NCBI GenBank assembly: GCA_003228405.1
Contig: QIDK01000136.1
Span: 1-44,182, forward strand
DNA: 44,182 bases
Direction of reading: 5' to 3'
Origin: Gammaproteobacteria bacterium
GTDB taxonomy: Bacteria; Pseudomonadota; Gammaproteobacteria; SZUA-229
Shown piece after piece: positions 6,884 to 17,367 of this stretch. The notes under the pieces were generated by a model. The model ran no database searches. It had not been told where the DNA came from and saw only the letters and a program-made list of their open reading frames with translations. The position numbers and the translations under genes were made by a program. Position 1 is the stretch's first letter. The number at the start of each line of letters is the position of its first letter.

Positions 6884-9609
6884 TACCTCAGTTCCCTCAA
6901 CACTCTAAAACCGGTTGCATAATCAGCTAAACCATTATGGCTGTTTGTGGTTGTTATATCACAATCATCCATAGTTTGCTTAAATGAACCGCCTACAGCA
7001 ACCAGCTTACGACCTTTGCCATAAACCCATTCCTGCACATTACCTACGTAGTTGACAAGTCCCCAGCCATTTTGCTTGCCAATATTGACATGTACCAGTT
7101 TGCCGCCTTTCTGAATACCGCGGGTGCTTAATTGACAGTTTCTATTTGCATCCAGTTTTTTACGCCTGGATTTGGCCGCATACAGCCATTCATTTTTAGT
7201 CGGTAAACGGTATTTCTGCCCTGATTGTCTACTTAACCATTTCAGATATGATTTAACGACTTTAAAGGTCAGTTCGGATGCAGGCAACTGAGTATTGCGC
7301 CCACTCATTAATTTACAACTTGATGATTTTTTACAGAACTTGTTTAACTCATTAATAGATACTTCATATTTGCCAATGGCGAAGGTTTTTATTTTATTAT
7401 TTCCCGGCACTACCACGAGAACGGGGCCACTTCCTGCTTCCTTTATTTTATCTTTACATACTGCCCGCTTGCCACGCGCCCCAAGCCCCGCAAGTGATTT
7501 ATCACAGGGATCTCGAGACTTAATCTGTATCGCCGCAAGTACTTTATTCGATTTAAATATACGCAGGCTGTGCTTTTTAGCTTCACGCGCGCGTTCAGGA
7601 AAGGCTTTTCCTGTTTGTGTAATGCAACTGGCTAATGAATTAACAAGTTTCTTTTTTAAAGCTTTATATCGGCCAGGATCAAGATCTCTTAATTTATCAA
7701 TAGCGGTTTCAAAATTGCGCATATTAAGACGCCCCTGACACTTCAGTTGATTATTTGCATTACTCAATGCAACATCAAATAACGAAATCTCTTTTTGCTT
7801 TGCAGTTAATTTCTTATTATTGGTCTGCATCCTTTTTTGTCTGGCCAGCATATTAGCCTGATCCTTTTTAGCCTGCTGTGCCTGTTTATCCTTGTTTCTC
7901 TGAATAGCGAATGCTATATCCTTTATTTTAAGATCCAGTGCGTCATGATCATCTGTATATCGCCTGGCATTTTCAATTAAATGTTTCGCCTTCGTGTATT
8001 TATAACTGCTTGTCGCAACGGATATTTCTTTTAAGTACAATTTATAAATAAATGCTTTCTGATCATCTACCCAGGGGTCTTCGCCCTTTGTTAAGACCAG
8101 CAGGTCTGAAACGTCTTTCCAGGTTGAATCTTGCCAGGGGTCAGTAAAAGTCGGCTTTTCTAATAGTGATTTCAAATCTTCTTTATAAAAATCAATGCGT
8201 ATTTTTAACTCCAGCTCAGTGCGTATATCAAATTCAGAATAAGGGTCTATTGGCCTTTCCTGAATAAACAAAAAATACCCTGTGATAACAACAGATAGTA
8301 ATAAAGCAAACACGGTGGCTAGTCGATTTGTTGTTTTAAGACTGGGCGATATAGCTTCAATAAACTTTTCAACACTTTCAATTCTATCTTCACGCCTGAA
8401 AGAAATTGCTTTTTCAATTGCTTTCCATTGATACTTTTTTATATTAGAAATTCGTTTTGGTTTTAGTTTTTGTCTTTCCGCCTCATCAGCTGGAACCTTG
8501 TTATAAGGGTGAGAACCTGTAAATAATTCATAAGCTACACAACCAAGCGCATAAATATCATCACGTATATCAGGTTCTTCTCCTTCCAGCATTTCAAGGC
8601 TGGCATAGGCTGGGGTTAACGCGCCTAAATTACCCGCATCGAATACGGTTTTATCCTCTGGATTATCTTCCATGTGCTCAACCTGTGACACCGCACGTGC
8701 GATACCAAAATCAAATACTTTAGCCAGCCCTCTTTGGGTTACAAATACATTGCCCGGTTTAAAATCAGAATGAATGATTTTTTCTGCATGTGCATGAGAC
8801 AGGGCAGAAGACATTCCTTTTATTATTTCCCATGCATCGTCAGTGGGTAGCCCGGTTGATTTATATTGCCTGATCAACTGATCTAGAGGATGACCATCCA
8901 TAAATTCCATGGTCATAAAAACCGTATCTCCATCACGGTCGAAATCGAAAACATTCACGATATTAGGATGGGCGATTCGCTGGGATTTTCTTGATTCTCG
9001 CTGTAAAGAAATAAAGGCTTCAGGGTGTGCTTTAAATTCTTCACTTAAAACTTTTATGGCAACATAAGGGTCTCGATCCTGGGCTTCTACCTTAAGCAGA
9101 TCTTTCGCTTTATATACTATACCCATACCACCCGCACCAATGACGCTCTCAAGTACAAAGCGTTCTTTTAAAATGCCATGCTCACCTACTTCTACAGACG
9201 AAGCTAAAAACTGCCCTGTAGATAATGATGGCTCCACCTGGCCTGGCATTTCACTGGTGTTAGCGGCCTGTGGAATTCGGGTTTTATCTTCAGGCGGTGT
9301 TACTACAGGTTTAAACCGGGTAACATCTGGCGCAGGATTTATATTTTTAGCGGGTGCGATTCTGGTTTTGTCTTCTGCTATATTAGTCTGTGCTTCAGGC
9401 ACGGGTATGCGGGTTTTATCCGCTTGCGCCTGAGTGCGGCCCTGAAGCTCTGAAATTTCCTTTCTGGCAGCGGCTAATCGCGTTTTTTCCTCATCGGTAT
9501 TCTGATTATCAGGTCTTTTTGAAGGTGCAATACGTGTTGGATCTTCAGAGCCTGGTACGTTTGATACGGGGGATTTAATTCTGGTTTTATCTGAGTCTTT
9601 ATCACTCAT
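6883..9609 (-). CDS. ppkA: T6SS Ser/Thr kinase PpkA with TM helix and C-terminal FGE-sulfatase (TagR-like) domain
   Basis: Hanks motifs IGAGGMGIVY, VAIK, HSDFKPGN, DFG and TPAYAS; TM LATVFALLLSVVITGYFLF; FGE motifs KYEVS, YRLPTKNEWLYAA, NGWGL..YVGNVQEW and GFRV. Confidence 0.9.
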   Translation of the reverse strand: MSDKDSDKTRIKSPVSNVPGSEDPTRIAPSKRPDNQNTDEEKTRLAAARKEISELQGRTQAQADKTRIPVPEAQTNIAEDKTRIAPAKNINPAPDVTRFKPVVTPPEDKTRIPQAANTSEMPGQVEPSLSTGQFLASSVEVGEHGILKERFVLESVIGAGGMGIVYKAKDLLKVEAQDRDPYVAIKVLSEEFKAHPEAFISLQRESRKSQRIAHPNIVNVFDFDRDGDTVFMTMEFMDGHPLDQLIRQYKSTGLPTDDAWEIIKGMSSALSHAHAEKIIHSDFKPGNVFVTQRGLAKVFDFGIARAVSQVEHMEDNPEDKTVFDAGNLGALTPAYASLEMLEGEEPDIRDDIYALGCVAYELFTGSHPYNKVPADEAERQKLKPKRISNIKKYQWKAIEKAISFRREDRIESVEKFIEAISPSLKTTNRLATVFALLLSVVITGYFLFIQERPIDPYSEFDIRTELELKIRIDFYKEDLKSLLEKPTFTDPWQDSTWKDVSDLLVLTKGEDPWVDDQKAFIYKLYLKEISVATSSYKYTKAKHLIENARRYTDDHDALDLKIKDIAFAIQRNKDKQAQQAKKDQANMLARQKRMQTNNKKLTAKQKEISLFDVALSNANNQLKCQGRLNMRNFETAIDKLRDLDPGRYKALKKKLVNSLASCITQTGKAFPERAREAKKHSLRIFKSNKVLAAIQIKSRDPCDKSLAGLGARGKRAVCKDKIKEAGSGPVLVVVPGNNKIKTFAIGKYEVSINELNKFCKKSSSCKLMSGRNTQLPASELTFKVVKSYLKWLSRQSGQKYRLPTKNEWLYAAKSRRKKLDANRNCQLSTRGIQKGGKLVHVNIGKQNGWGLVNYVGNVQEWVYGKGRKLVAVGGSFKQTMDDCDITTTNSHNGLADYATGFRVLRELR

Positions 9610-9615
9610 ATTGAA

Positions 9616-10398
9616 TCACACTACTTCTGCTGTTACTTGATTTGAATATGCTGCATCGGGTTCGCCTTTTACCAGTATCACTGACACATTATCATTGGCA
9701 CCATTATCCAGTGCTTTTTGAATTAATGAGTCTACCGCTTCTTTTAAAGGTAAGCTGGCTAATGCCTGAGCCATTTCTTCCATAGATACCATGTTGTAAA
9801 GGCCGTCACTGCAAAGCAAAAATGTGTCTCCCAGTTGAACACTGAATACATTTATATCAATATACACTTCCGGGCTTGCACCAATGGCCCGAGTAATGAC
9901 ATTTGAATCTGGATGAACTTCTGCTTCTTCGGGGGTTAAAAAACCTTGCTGAACGAGTTCTTCTACCTGGCTATGGTCACGAGATAATTGTATAAAATCA
10001 CCATTTCGAAAACGATATAAACGAGAATCTCCTGCCCACAGACAAATACCCACATGGCCTTTTATGGCTAAACTTACAACGGTGCTACCCAGTGTTCGGC
10101 CATCGAGCATTATATCTGCATACTCAAGTATGCGGTGATTCACATCAATTAAACTGTCTTCAATACTATCTATAAATTCATTCAGTGATGATTTATTGGT
10201 AATCTCCTGTAGAGATTTTACGATCATATTGCTGGCAACATTACCCGCCTCATAACCACCCATACCATCAGCCACCGCCCACAGTTGTACCTCAGGTAGT
10301 GAAATAATTGAGTCTTCATTCACTTCTCTGACCATGCCCACATTGGTATCTTCTACTGAACTCCAACGAATAGGGCGTCTGATCGTTGTATCACTCAT
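9616..10398 (-). CDS. pppA: PP2C-family Ser/Thr phosphatase PppA
   Basis: RE.NED, VADGMGG, GDSRLY, DHS, LLCSDGL and DNVS motifs; sits between tagF and ppkA. Confidence 0.92.
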   Translation of the reverse strand: MSDTTIRRPIRWSSVEDTNVGMVREVNEDSIISLPEVQLWAVADGMGGYEAGNVASNMIVKSLQEITNKSSLNEFIDSIEDSLIDVNHRILEYADIMLDGRTLGSTVVSLAIKGHVGICLWAGDSRLYRFRNGDFIQLSRDHSQVEELVQQGFLTPEEAEVHPDSNVITRAIGASPEVYIDINVFSVQLGDTFLLCSDGLYNMVSMEEMAQALASLPLKEAVDSLIQKALDNGANDNVSVILVKGEPDAAYSNQVTAEVV

Positions 10399-10414
10399 AA
10401 ATCAGTTTCCAAAA

Positions 10415-11140
10415 TTAAATTTGTTGTATATTGTATGGTATTTTCCAGTCACGCTGTTGCCACTGGCCATCCAGCATCGATGCTATGCCACCGATTGGGG
10501 GTAAACCCTGACAGCTAAATAACATAGGGCTAATTAATTGTGAGCCAGATGTTTGCCATAAACTAAAGCTGGATAAACCGGATGTTAAAACGGCATTAAG
10601 CATATAGGGTAATACCGTTTGCATATGGCCATTGGCAGAATTAAGGCCAAACAGCATTGGCCCCATTTCGCCTAAATTAAAAGTGGCCTGATAACTTTCA
10701 GAAGACAGTAATTCAATATCATTTACCGCAGCTATCAGTGCATCAGCATCAATACTGCCGTCTAAAGCAGATAGACATTGTGACTCCAGAGCATCAAACC
10801 ATTCGTTGCTATCCAGCATAAACTTGACTGGATTTACACCAGAATCAAAGGGTTTTACCAGACTAATGGGAAAATATCGGCCCACTCTGTCTACACTTGG
10901 CATCATTAAGCCGGCCCACATATTGCTGTCAATAACGCCGGGAGACAGAACAAACCGCCAGATAGGGCTGGTTAAATATATGTCTAACCAGTCATCCCCC
11001 ATCTGCTCCTGTGAACCTGCAATAAAATGCTGTAACCATTCATCCCAGGGTGTAATAAATGATGAATTTAAATTACGGAAAATAAAATCACCATATGCTG
11101 GCAATTTGCCATAAAGCCCTACTTTTAAATCAGAATTCAT
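10415..11140 (-). CDS. tagF: T6SS-associated protein TagF
   Basis: GLYGKLPAYGDF, WDEWL, PIWRF and PSVDRVGRYFP motifs. Confidence 0.93.
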   Translation of the reverse strand: MNSDLKVGLYGKLPAYGDFIFRNLNSSFITPWDEWLQHFIAGSQEQMGDDWLDIYLTSPIWRFVLSPGVIDSNMWAGLMMPSVDRVGRYFPISLVKPFDSGVNPVKFMLDSNEWFDALESQCLSALDGSIDADALIAAVNDIELLSSESYQATFNLGEMGPMLFGLNSANGHMQTVLPYMLNAVLTSGLSSFSLWQTSGSQLISPMLFSCQGLPPIGGIASMLDGQWQQRDWKIPYNIQQI

Positions 11141-11164
11141 ATCAATAGATCTCTAAATTGACCT

Positions 11165-14100
11165 TTAAATTGAAGCAGGACACCTGAAAGCGCCCAATAA
11201 ATTTTGACTAAATGGATTATTGACGCTTTTAGCCTTAATCAAATATTTGATACTGTGTACATTCTGCCTCTTATTACCCGCCTGTTCTGCAACACTATAG
11301 GTGACCAGGTAAACATTAGATTTTCTGGTTTTTGTTATCTTTGATCTATCCTGCAACTTGAACCAGGCCCAGGGCCCATCAAAAGATTTTTCATAACGAT
11401 CTTCATTAAGATCTTCAAAAACAATACGCACCCGTTTGTTTTCATCTTCACCAGACCAGTTTAAATCTTTCCAGAACTTAGGACCATGATTATAGCTTAT
11501 ACGCTGGCTGCCTACCTCAAGTAAAAAGCGGGCATCTTGTTTCTCCATGCGATAGGGTTTTAACTGAAAGGAAACACTGGGTACTTCCGGGTTCTTTCTA
11601 AAAAATACATTTTTAATTGTTTGCGCACGTCGAATCTGCTTCAGTGTAGATGTGCTTAAACCAAGTGAATAGTTATCGACAACCCGATTAGACCAGCCTT
11701 TTCGGGTATTCACAAAAGGCTTTACCAGCTCGGTATAAAATTTATCCATTGTACCCTGAGGTTTAAAAAACTCACTAAAATCAAATAGCGCCAGTTCATC
11801 GCTCGATGAACGCTTCAGCGGGTAACGTCCGGCCAAAGCCTGTGTATATGAGCTGTGAACCTGATTCTTCCATTCGCTATTCACATACCGGTGAGCAGAA
11901 GACAGTATTATTTTCCATGTTTCATCAGAAATTGATATCAACCAGCGCTTAACAGGGGCAGGTGTTTTCCTTGAAAAGCTACGCAATGATGTGATTGCAT
12001 TCCCTGCACCGCTTAAATAACGCGCCCTGGCAATCTGATATGCCTGTTTATCAGGATCAGGAGCGACTGAAATTTCGCCGAGAAAATCCTGTAACTGCTG
12101 GATTTTCTGCACAATTGAGGTGATAGGTGCCGGCTTTTTAGAGCTTTCTCTCAACAGTACATTTAAATCTCTAAATTGCTGATCAACTTTAGTGCCTTTA
12201 AATTTATTGGCCATAAAACCGGTTACCGAGCCCATTTTTCCTTCACCATGATCATCATTCATATTCTGTAACAGTTGTGATGATAACTGGGTGTTATTTG
12301 CACTCACCTGTAAGATAGAAAGTAAGGGTGAATAAACCGGGTCAGTAAAACTGGCCAGCACTTCTGTAGCCTGTTTAATGCTCTTAAATTCAGAAATTTT
12401 TAGTGAACGGAAAACTTTTTTCCAGTTAGAAATATAATCCGCCATATACAGGCTTTTTACTCTTTCACTTATTTCGCTTAAATCTTCTTTAACGAAGTCC
12501 ACTCTGGCATTTTCATCATCTGATAATACCCAGCGCTCATTAACAATGTCGGCTATGACAGCAGAGTCTGTGGACAGGTCAATATTGTCATAACCTTCTT
12601 TAGTGAACATATAGGGAACAAGTAACGAGCGTTCAGTAGACGGCGTTATAACATAAGCATCACGCACTGCTTCACCAAACATATTGAGCACATCGATTCT
12701 CTGGTTAAACTCAGGCTTAGTTCTAATGCGACTATAGATACGTTTATGAACCGGCACACGCATTAAAGTATTTCGTGTTTGCTTTACAATCCGGCTATTA
12801 AGCTGTGATGGTTTTAACTCGAGATTTAATAATGCCTCAAGATGTAATTCCAGTTCCTTGCGGCGTGATGCTTCACCCTGCATGTTTTGCGTCCAGTCTG
12901 TAATGAACCAGTCTGAGATTAGTTGCTTATCCATATAATCAGTTTTATTGAACATGAGATACGTTCTAAAGCTGCTGTATAAATCACCGCCCTGATGACC
13001 TTTCTGAATTTGCTTTTCCAGGTAATTAATAATGCGGGGTAAAAACAGTTCTTTTAACTGTGCTGCGTAGGCATTGTTTGCTGAATCATCAACATTACCA
13101 TCATATAAACCCAAACTCGATAACCAGGGATGTTCATTCTGATCATAAACAATACTGGCTTTAGCTAATGAATTTAATGTAGGCAGAACAACTCTGATGT
13201 CTTTATTCCATGCACTAAGGCGTTTGTTTTCTGCATTGAACTCAGCAATATAAGTTTCAACCTCAGACATATATATATTATGCTGGCCAATACTACCTGC
13301 CCAAACCGTTAACAAACCGATAGTCAATAATGCAATACCCGCATAGGCAGAACGTTGCGCCCATTTTATTAATATTTCAAATTTACGGTTTGACCCCACC
13401 AGCTCAGATTCAGGAAAAATAACTTCGCGAAACAGATTACCTAAAAAGAAACTTTTACCCTGGCCCTGCTGTAGCTGAACGTTTTCCCGGCTAAAACCAA
13501 AGTTGGATGACACAGATGACATCATCCGATCAATGGGGGTACCGTCCTGAGTACCACTGGTGAAATAGATACCACGTAAATACGGTTGAAACTGAAATCT
13601 GTTTTTGACAAAAGTTTGTTTAACAAAACTATCAATAACCGATTTAAGGTTTTCAATCTGCTGTGGAAAACCCTGAATGGCTGCGCGTCGCTTTACATCA
13701 CGCTCAGTATGTATGCGCGACAATTCTCTTGAATAAAGTCGTTCCAGCAGTTTCTGGTATTCAGAATCTAGATATTCAAAATCCGGGCTTTGTGTCGGTT
13801 TAGGTGCATTAGGCAGTGTAGTGCCCCAGACCTGCTCCCGCTCTTCTTTACTTAAATCTTCAAAATACTCACTGAAACCAGACACTAAATCGGCCTTGGT
13901 GAACATCAGGTAAATAGGAAAACGTATTTCGAGCTTTTCCATTAACTCATCAACACGGGTTCTTATGGTTTTTGCATGCAGTACCCGCTCTTCTTCTGTT
14001 TGCAGCAGAAGGTCGTGAATACTAATAGCAATGATGGCGCCGTTAATTGGGCGGCGACGTCTATTTTTCTTAAGTAATCGCAGAAAGCCTTCCCACGCAT

Positions 14101-14716
14101 TACTGTCGACCACTTTATGGCTATCCTGAGTTGTGTAGCGGCCTGCCGTATCGATTAACACGGCTTCATTAGTAAACCACCAGTCACAGTTTCGAGTACC
14201 GCCAATGCCCTGTAATGCGCCTTTTCCAAACTGTTCTGCTAATGGAAAATCCAGGCTTGAGTTAACTAATGCGGTTGTTTTACCTGAGCCTGGCGGGCCG
14301 ATAATGATATACCAGGGTAATTCATATAATGCCTTTTTACTGCCCTTACCTTTAAACTTTAATTTTTTAAGCGTTGATAAGGCTTCAGTGAATCGTTGAT
14401 TCATCTGATGTATTTCTTCTGACGATTGATCTGATGATCCATCGAGCACTAATGATTCCTGATTTTCCTCTAAGTCACCGAGGAGTTCATCATTGTGCTT
14501 TTTATTCATCAGTTGAGTGCGTAAGTTATTCAGACCCCATAAAATAGCCAGAATAATAATAGCAACCAGCCGAGCAACGGCACTACCTAAAGGTGCTGTA
14601 TTATCTTCACCAAACTTTATCATGGGCCCGATAAACCAGACAATAATTGAAAGTGCCAGTAAGCCGATAAGCGATATAACGACTGGATTTTTAAAAAATT
14701 CTATAATTTTTTTCAT
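11165..14716 (-). CDS. tssM: T6SS membrane complex subunit TssM (IcmF)
   Basis: Two N-terminal TMs, YELPWYIIIGPPGSGKTT, TRNCDWWF, IDTAGRY, RGIYFTSGTQ, third TM, GRYP and GPWAWF; 1183 aa. Confidence 0.96.
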   Translation of the reverse strand: MKKIIEFFKNPVVISLIGLLALSIIVWFIGPMIKFGEDNTAPLGSAVARLVAIIILAILWGLNNLRTQLMNKKHNDELLGDLEENQESLVLDGSSDQSSEEIHQMNQRFTEALSTLKKLKFKGKGSKKALYELPWYIIIGPPGSGKTTALVNSSLDFPLAEQFGKGALQGIGGTRNCDWWFTNEAVLIDTAGRYTTQDSHKVVDSNAWEGFLRLLKKNRRRRPINGAIIAISIHDLLLQTEEERVLHAKTIRTRVDELMEKLEIRFPIYLMFTKADLVSGFSEYFEDLSKEEREQVWGTTLPNAPKPTQSPDFEYLDSEYQKLLERLYSRELSRIHTERDVKRRAAIQGFPQQIENLKSVIDSFVKQTFVKNRFQFQPYLRGIYFTSGTQDGTPIDRMMSSVSSNFGFSRENVQLQQGQGKSFFLGNLFREVIFPESELVGSNRKFEILIKWAQRSAYAGIALLTIGLLTVWAGSIGQHNIYMSEVETYIAEFNAENKRLSAWNKDIRVVLPTLNSLAKASIVYDQNEHPWLSSLGLYDGNVDDSANNAYAAQLKELFLPRIINYLEKQIQKGHQGGDLYSSFRTYLMFNKTDYMDKQLISDWFITDWTQNMQGEASRRKELELHLEALLNLELKPSQLNSRIVKQTRNTLMRVPVHKRIYSRIRTKPEFNQRIDVLNMFGEAVRDAYVITPSTERSLLVPYMFTKEGYDNIDLSTDSAVIADIVNERWVLSDDENARVDFVKEDLSEISERVKSLYMADYISNWKKVFRSLKISEFKSIKQATEVLASFTDPVYSPLLSILQVSANNTQLSSQLLQNMNDDHGEGKMGSVTGFMANKFKGTKVDQQFRDLNVLLRESSKKPAPITSIVQKIQQLQDFLGEISVAPDPDKQAYQIARARYLSGAGNAITSLRSFSRKTPAPVKRWLISISDETWKIILSSAHRYVNSEWKNQVHSSYTQALAGRYPLKRSSSDELALFDFSEFFKPQGTMDKFYTELVKPFVNTRKGWSNRVVDNYSLGLSTSTLKQIRRAQTIKNVFFRKNPEVPSVSFQLKPYRMEKQDARFLLEVGSQRISYNHGPKFWKDLNWSGEDENKRVRIVFEDLNEDRYEKSFDGPWAWFKLQDRSKITKTRKSNVYLVTYSVAEQAGNKRQNVHSIKYLIKAKSVNNPFSQNLLGAFRCPASI

Positions 14717-14783
14717 GTGTATTTAACTATTATTATTTTAATCTGAATATGCTGTTTGTTTAGATAAGATATTTATAACTAAT

Positions 14784-15743
14784 TTATCTTTCAGGTGTTT
14801 TACGGGCAACAGTGCGCATGTCCGTAATTTCATCCAGCTGCTCAACAACCGGTGATGACGACTCATAAAGCCATACTCTAAAGCCTGAATAACTAAGAAA
14901 CAGAATTGCGCCGACAATACTGGCGATAACCCACATTGGTATGTAGTTCGCCAGTGAATTTCTGCTTTTACCCAGACCCTGCCAGCTGGGTGACAGGGAG
15001 CGTTCATATTCTCCTCGCTGACGGCGTATAACGGTGAATAAATCATCACGCATTTGTTCTATCATATCCCGACCGCGGTGAATAACACGGTACTTGCCCT
15101 CGAAGCCCAGGCTTAATAATATATACATAAGCTCAAGAATATATAAATTTTCAGCTGGTTGCTCTTTCATGCGATCAAGAATAAGAAAAAACTTTTCTCC
15201 ACCTGATGTCTCATTATGAAAAACACTTAATAAGGTTCTTTGCGGCCATGCGCTTTCACTACCCCAGGGCGTATTGAGCACTGCTTCATCAAGTGCCACA
15301 CAGACTGCATAACGTGCAGATAATACGATCTCAGGCTTTATACCTGTTTCTTTAGCTTTGCTTTCAAAGGCTTTAATTTCACTGACCAGGCGTTGATACA
15401 AACCACCCACATCAGGATGTGAAACTGAGACACGGGTTTTTTCAAATACAGCAATCAGGGTAGAGGCAGCATTAACTAAGGGATTAAGCCCGCTTGTAGT
15501 ATTAAAATAAGCGTTAGCAGAACCCTGCACTGGCTGCGCCTGCGACTGAGCCTGATAGGCTGGAGCGGCGGGTTGATGGGCTGCGGGTTGCTGAATTGGA
15601 GGCTGCTGAACCGGTGGCTGCAGTGGCTGCGCAGGGGGTTGCTGTGCACCACCCCGGCCGCCAGGCATTGGCCTGATTACGGTTCTATCTCCATCAACAG
15701 ATGGCTGTTTAAAAACTGTCTTGTCAGATTCATCTGATGACAT
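14784..15743 (-). CDS. tssL: T6SS TssL (DotU), C-terminal TM and no OmpA domain
   Basis: NPLVNAA, ARYAVCVALDEAVLNTPWG, HNETSGGEKFF and LGFEGKY motifs. Start moved to ATG 15743 because GGAG precedes it; the ORF track starts at 15779. Confidence 0.93.
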   Translation of the reverse strand: MSSDESDKTVFKQPSVDGDRTVIRPMPGGRGGAQQPPAQPLQPPVQQPPIQQPAAHQPAAPAYQAQSQAQPVQGSANAYFNTTSGLNPLVNAASTLIAVFEKTRVSVSHPDVGGLYQRLVSEIKAFESKAKETGIKPEIVLSARYAVCVALDEAVLNTPWGSESAWPQRTLLSVFHNETSGGEKFFLILDRMKEQPAENLYILELMYILLSLGFEGKYRVIHRGRDMIEQMRDDLFTVIRRQRGEYERSLSPSWQGLGKSRNSLANYIPMWVIASIVGAILFLSYSGFRVWLYESSSPVVEQLDEITDMRTVARKTPER

Positions 15744-15889
15744 AAGTGCTCCGAATATAAATGCCTGAGGCATTTTCAAAAATAGCTCTATTTAAGAAAC
15801 CACTGACCTAAGCAGAGGTGTCCTGATTTTAATCTGTTATAAAGTGACTGTCATGCTGATGACAGTGAATAATCTTTTAACGCAATCAC

Positions 15890-17224
15890 CTACTGTCGAA
15901 TTGCCCAGAACTCAATTTCAAGTCCCGGAAAATCACCACCAATATGCAATGCAAAACCGCCAGAGTGCTTTAACTCATTCCAGAAATCACTCTGCTTTTC
16001 CAGTTCAAAATAAGTATATCCAGAATGAAAAGGAATTTGGCGCGGTGCAACCGGCAGTGGCTTTATACCAATACCCGGCATAGCCGCATTTACTAATTGG
16101 CGGATTCGTTCAACAGGCCCAATTTTAATCTGCGCGGGTAAATGTGTACGCAATGCTTCTTCGGGTACATCTGCACGAACAGATAGTATAAACATCGCTG
16201 AACCAATAAGAGATCTATCGGGAATTTCTGCAACGCGTATGCCGTATTTTTTCTCAACCAGATTGAGTGAAACAGCCGTTTGCTCATAAACCATACTGAG
16301 GCAGTTTCTCAGCTCACTGATAACCGGAGTGAAGGTTGCCTGTAAATTATCATGCAGATAAACAGGAAATGTGGGGGTACGTTTATTTTTACTCACAAAC
16401 GTGGAAAGCTCACCGATCATCTGCACTGATTCAGCAAAAAGATCGACCGGGTGCAAACCATTCATATTAGAAAGATGATTTGTCATGGGTTCTATTCGAT
16501 TAATTAGCTGCAGCATCATATAGTCAGCAACTTCTGCTGTGCCACCTCGATTAGTATCAGCCAGGCGCCCGGCTATTGCTTCGCCTCTGTGATGCAGGAG
16601 GCCGATAACTTCGGTTAAATAACCCGCCAGTTTGGGCGATTTTTTACAATCCAGACAGGTTGCAATATAGTTATCATCAAGTAAAACATTTTTGTCTTCT
16701 CTTGATTCTGCAATACGAATCAGGCCAATACAGGCATAGCCACTTAGATCATCTGATTCCAGCATCAGCCGAAAACGCAGTTTGCCTACGTTCAGGGTAA
16801 TATTATCTCCCGACTCATTAGACACATCACGGCTTTCCTGCTCGAAGCTGTAATATCGCGCCAGCCCCTGTGTGTTTTCCTGTTCTATTACATCAACAGC
16901 GCCGGGGCGTTTAACGGGTACGCACACATAGACAATGCTGTTATGGGTGTTTTCAGGCACTTCAAAAACCGGTGGCGGCTCATCAACATCCGGAAAACTA
17001 AAGGGGGTACCATCAGGAAAAACGCCCTTACCTTTAGTAACCGAAATTTTACCCAGAGTGAGTAACTGCTGGTCTATTTCAAAATCATGCATGCCCCAAC
17101 CGTAAGCACCATATGCAGAGCATTTACCTTCTAACAGACGTTCAAAATAACGCTCCTGTTGCTGAAAATGCTGTGGATTCAGAAACATGCCTTCTGACCA
17201 GACAACTTTACTATTTAATGACAT
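15890..17224 (-). CDS. tssK: T6SS baseplate subunit TssK
   Basis: KVVWSEGMFLNPQHFQQQ start; PVAPRQIPFH..YTYFEL and FWAIR end. Confidence 0.96.
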   Translation of the reverse strand: MSLNSKVVWSEGMFLNPQHFQQQERYFERLLEGKCSAYGAYGWGMHDFEIDQQLLTLGKISVTKGKGVFPDGTPFSFPDVDEPPPVFEVPENTHNSIVYVCVPVKRPGAVDVIEQENTQGLARYYSFEQESRDVSNESGDNITLNVGKLRFRLMLESDDLSGYACIGLIRIAESREDKNVLLDDNYIATCLDCKKSPKLAGYLTEVIGLLHHRGEAIAGRLADTNRGGTAEVADYMMLQLINRIEPMTNHLSNMNGLHPVDLFAESVQMIGELSTFVSKNKRTPTFPVYLHDNLQATFTPVISELRNCLSMVYEQTAVSLNLVEKKYGIRVAEIPDRSLIGSAMFILSVRADVPEEALRTHLPAQIKIGPVERIRQLVNAAMPGIGIKPLPVAPRQIPFHSGYTYFELEKQSDFWNELKHSGGFALHIGGDFPGLEIEFWAIRQ

Positions 17225-17367
17225 TCTTATTCGCCAATATTTTATTTATATACATGATTCAATAAAATTATTACCAGTAGCCCTGAAATCATGGTCAGGT
17301 TACTGGTAAATCATTCCCCGTTTATTCTTACATATCTGTAAGCCAGAACACTTTCATCCGGTTACTG

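Noticed and set aside
15847-17309. Intergenic hairpins ACTGTCAT-GCTG-ATGACAGT (15847-15866) and TTACCAGTAGCC...GGTTACTGGTAA (17271-17309)
   Set aside because: Real inverted repeats, but with no clear T-tract or second copy; function cannot be supported.
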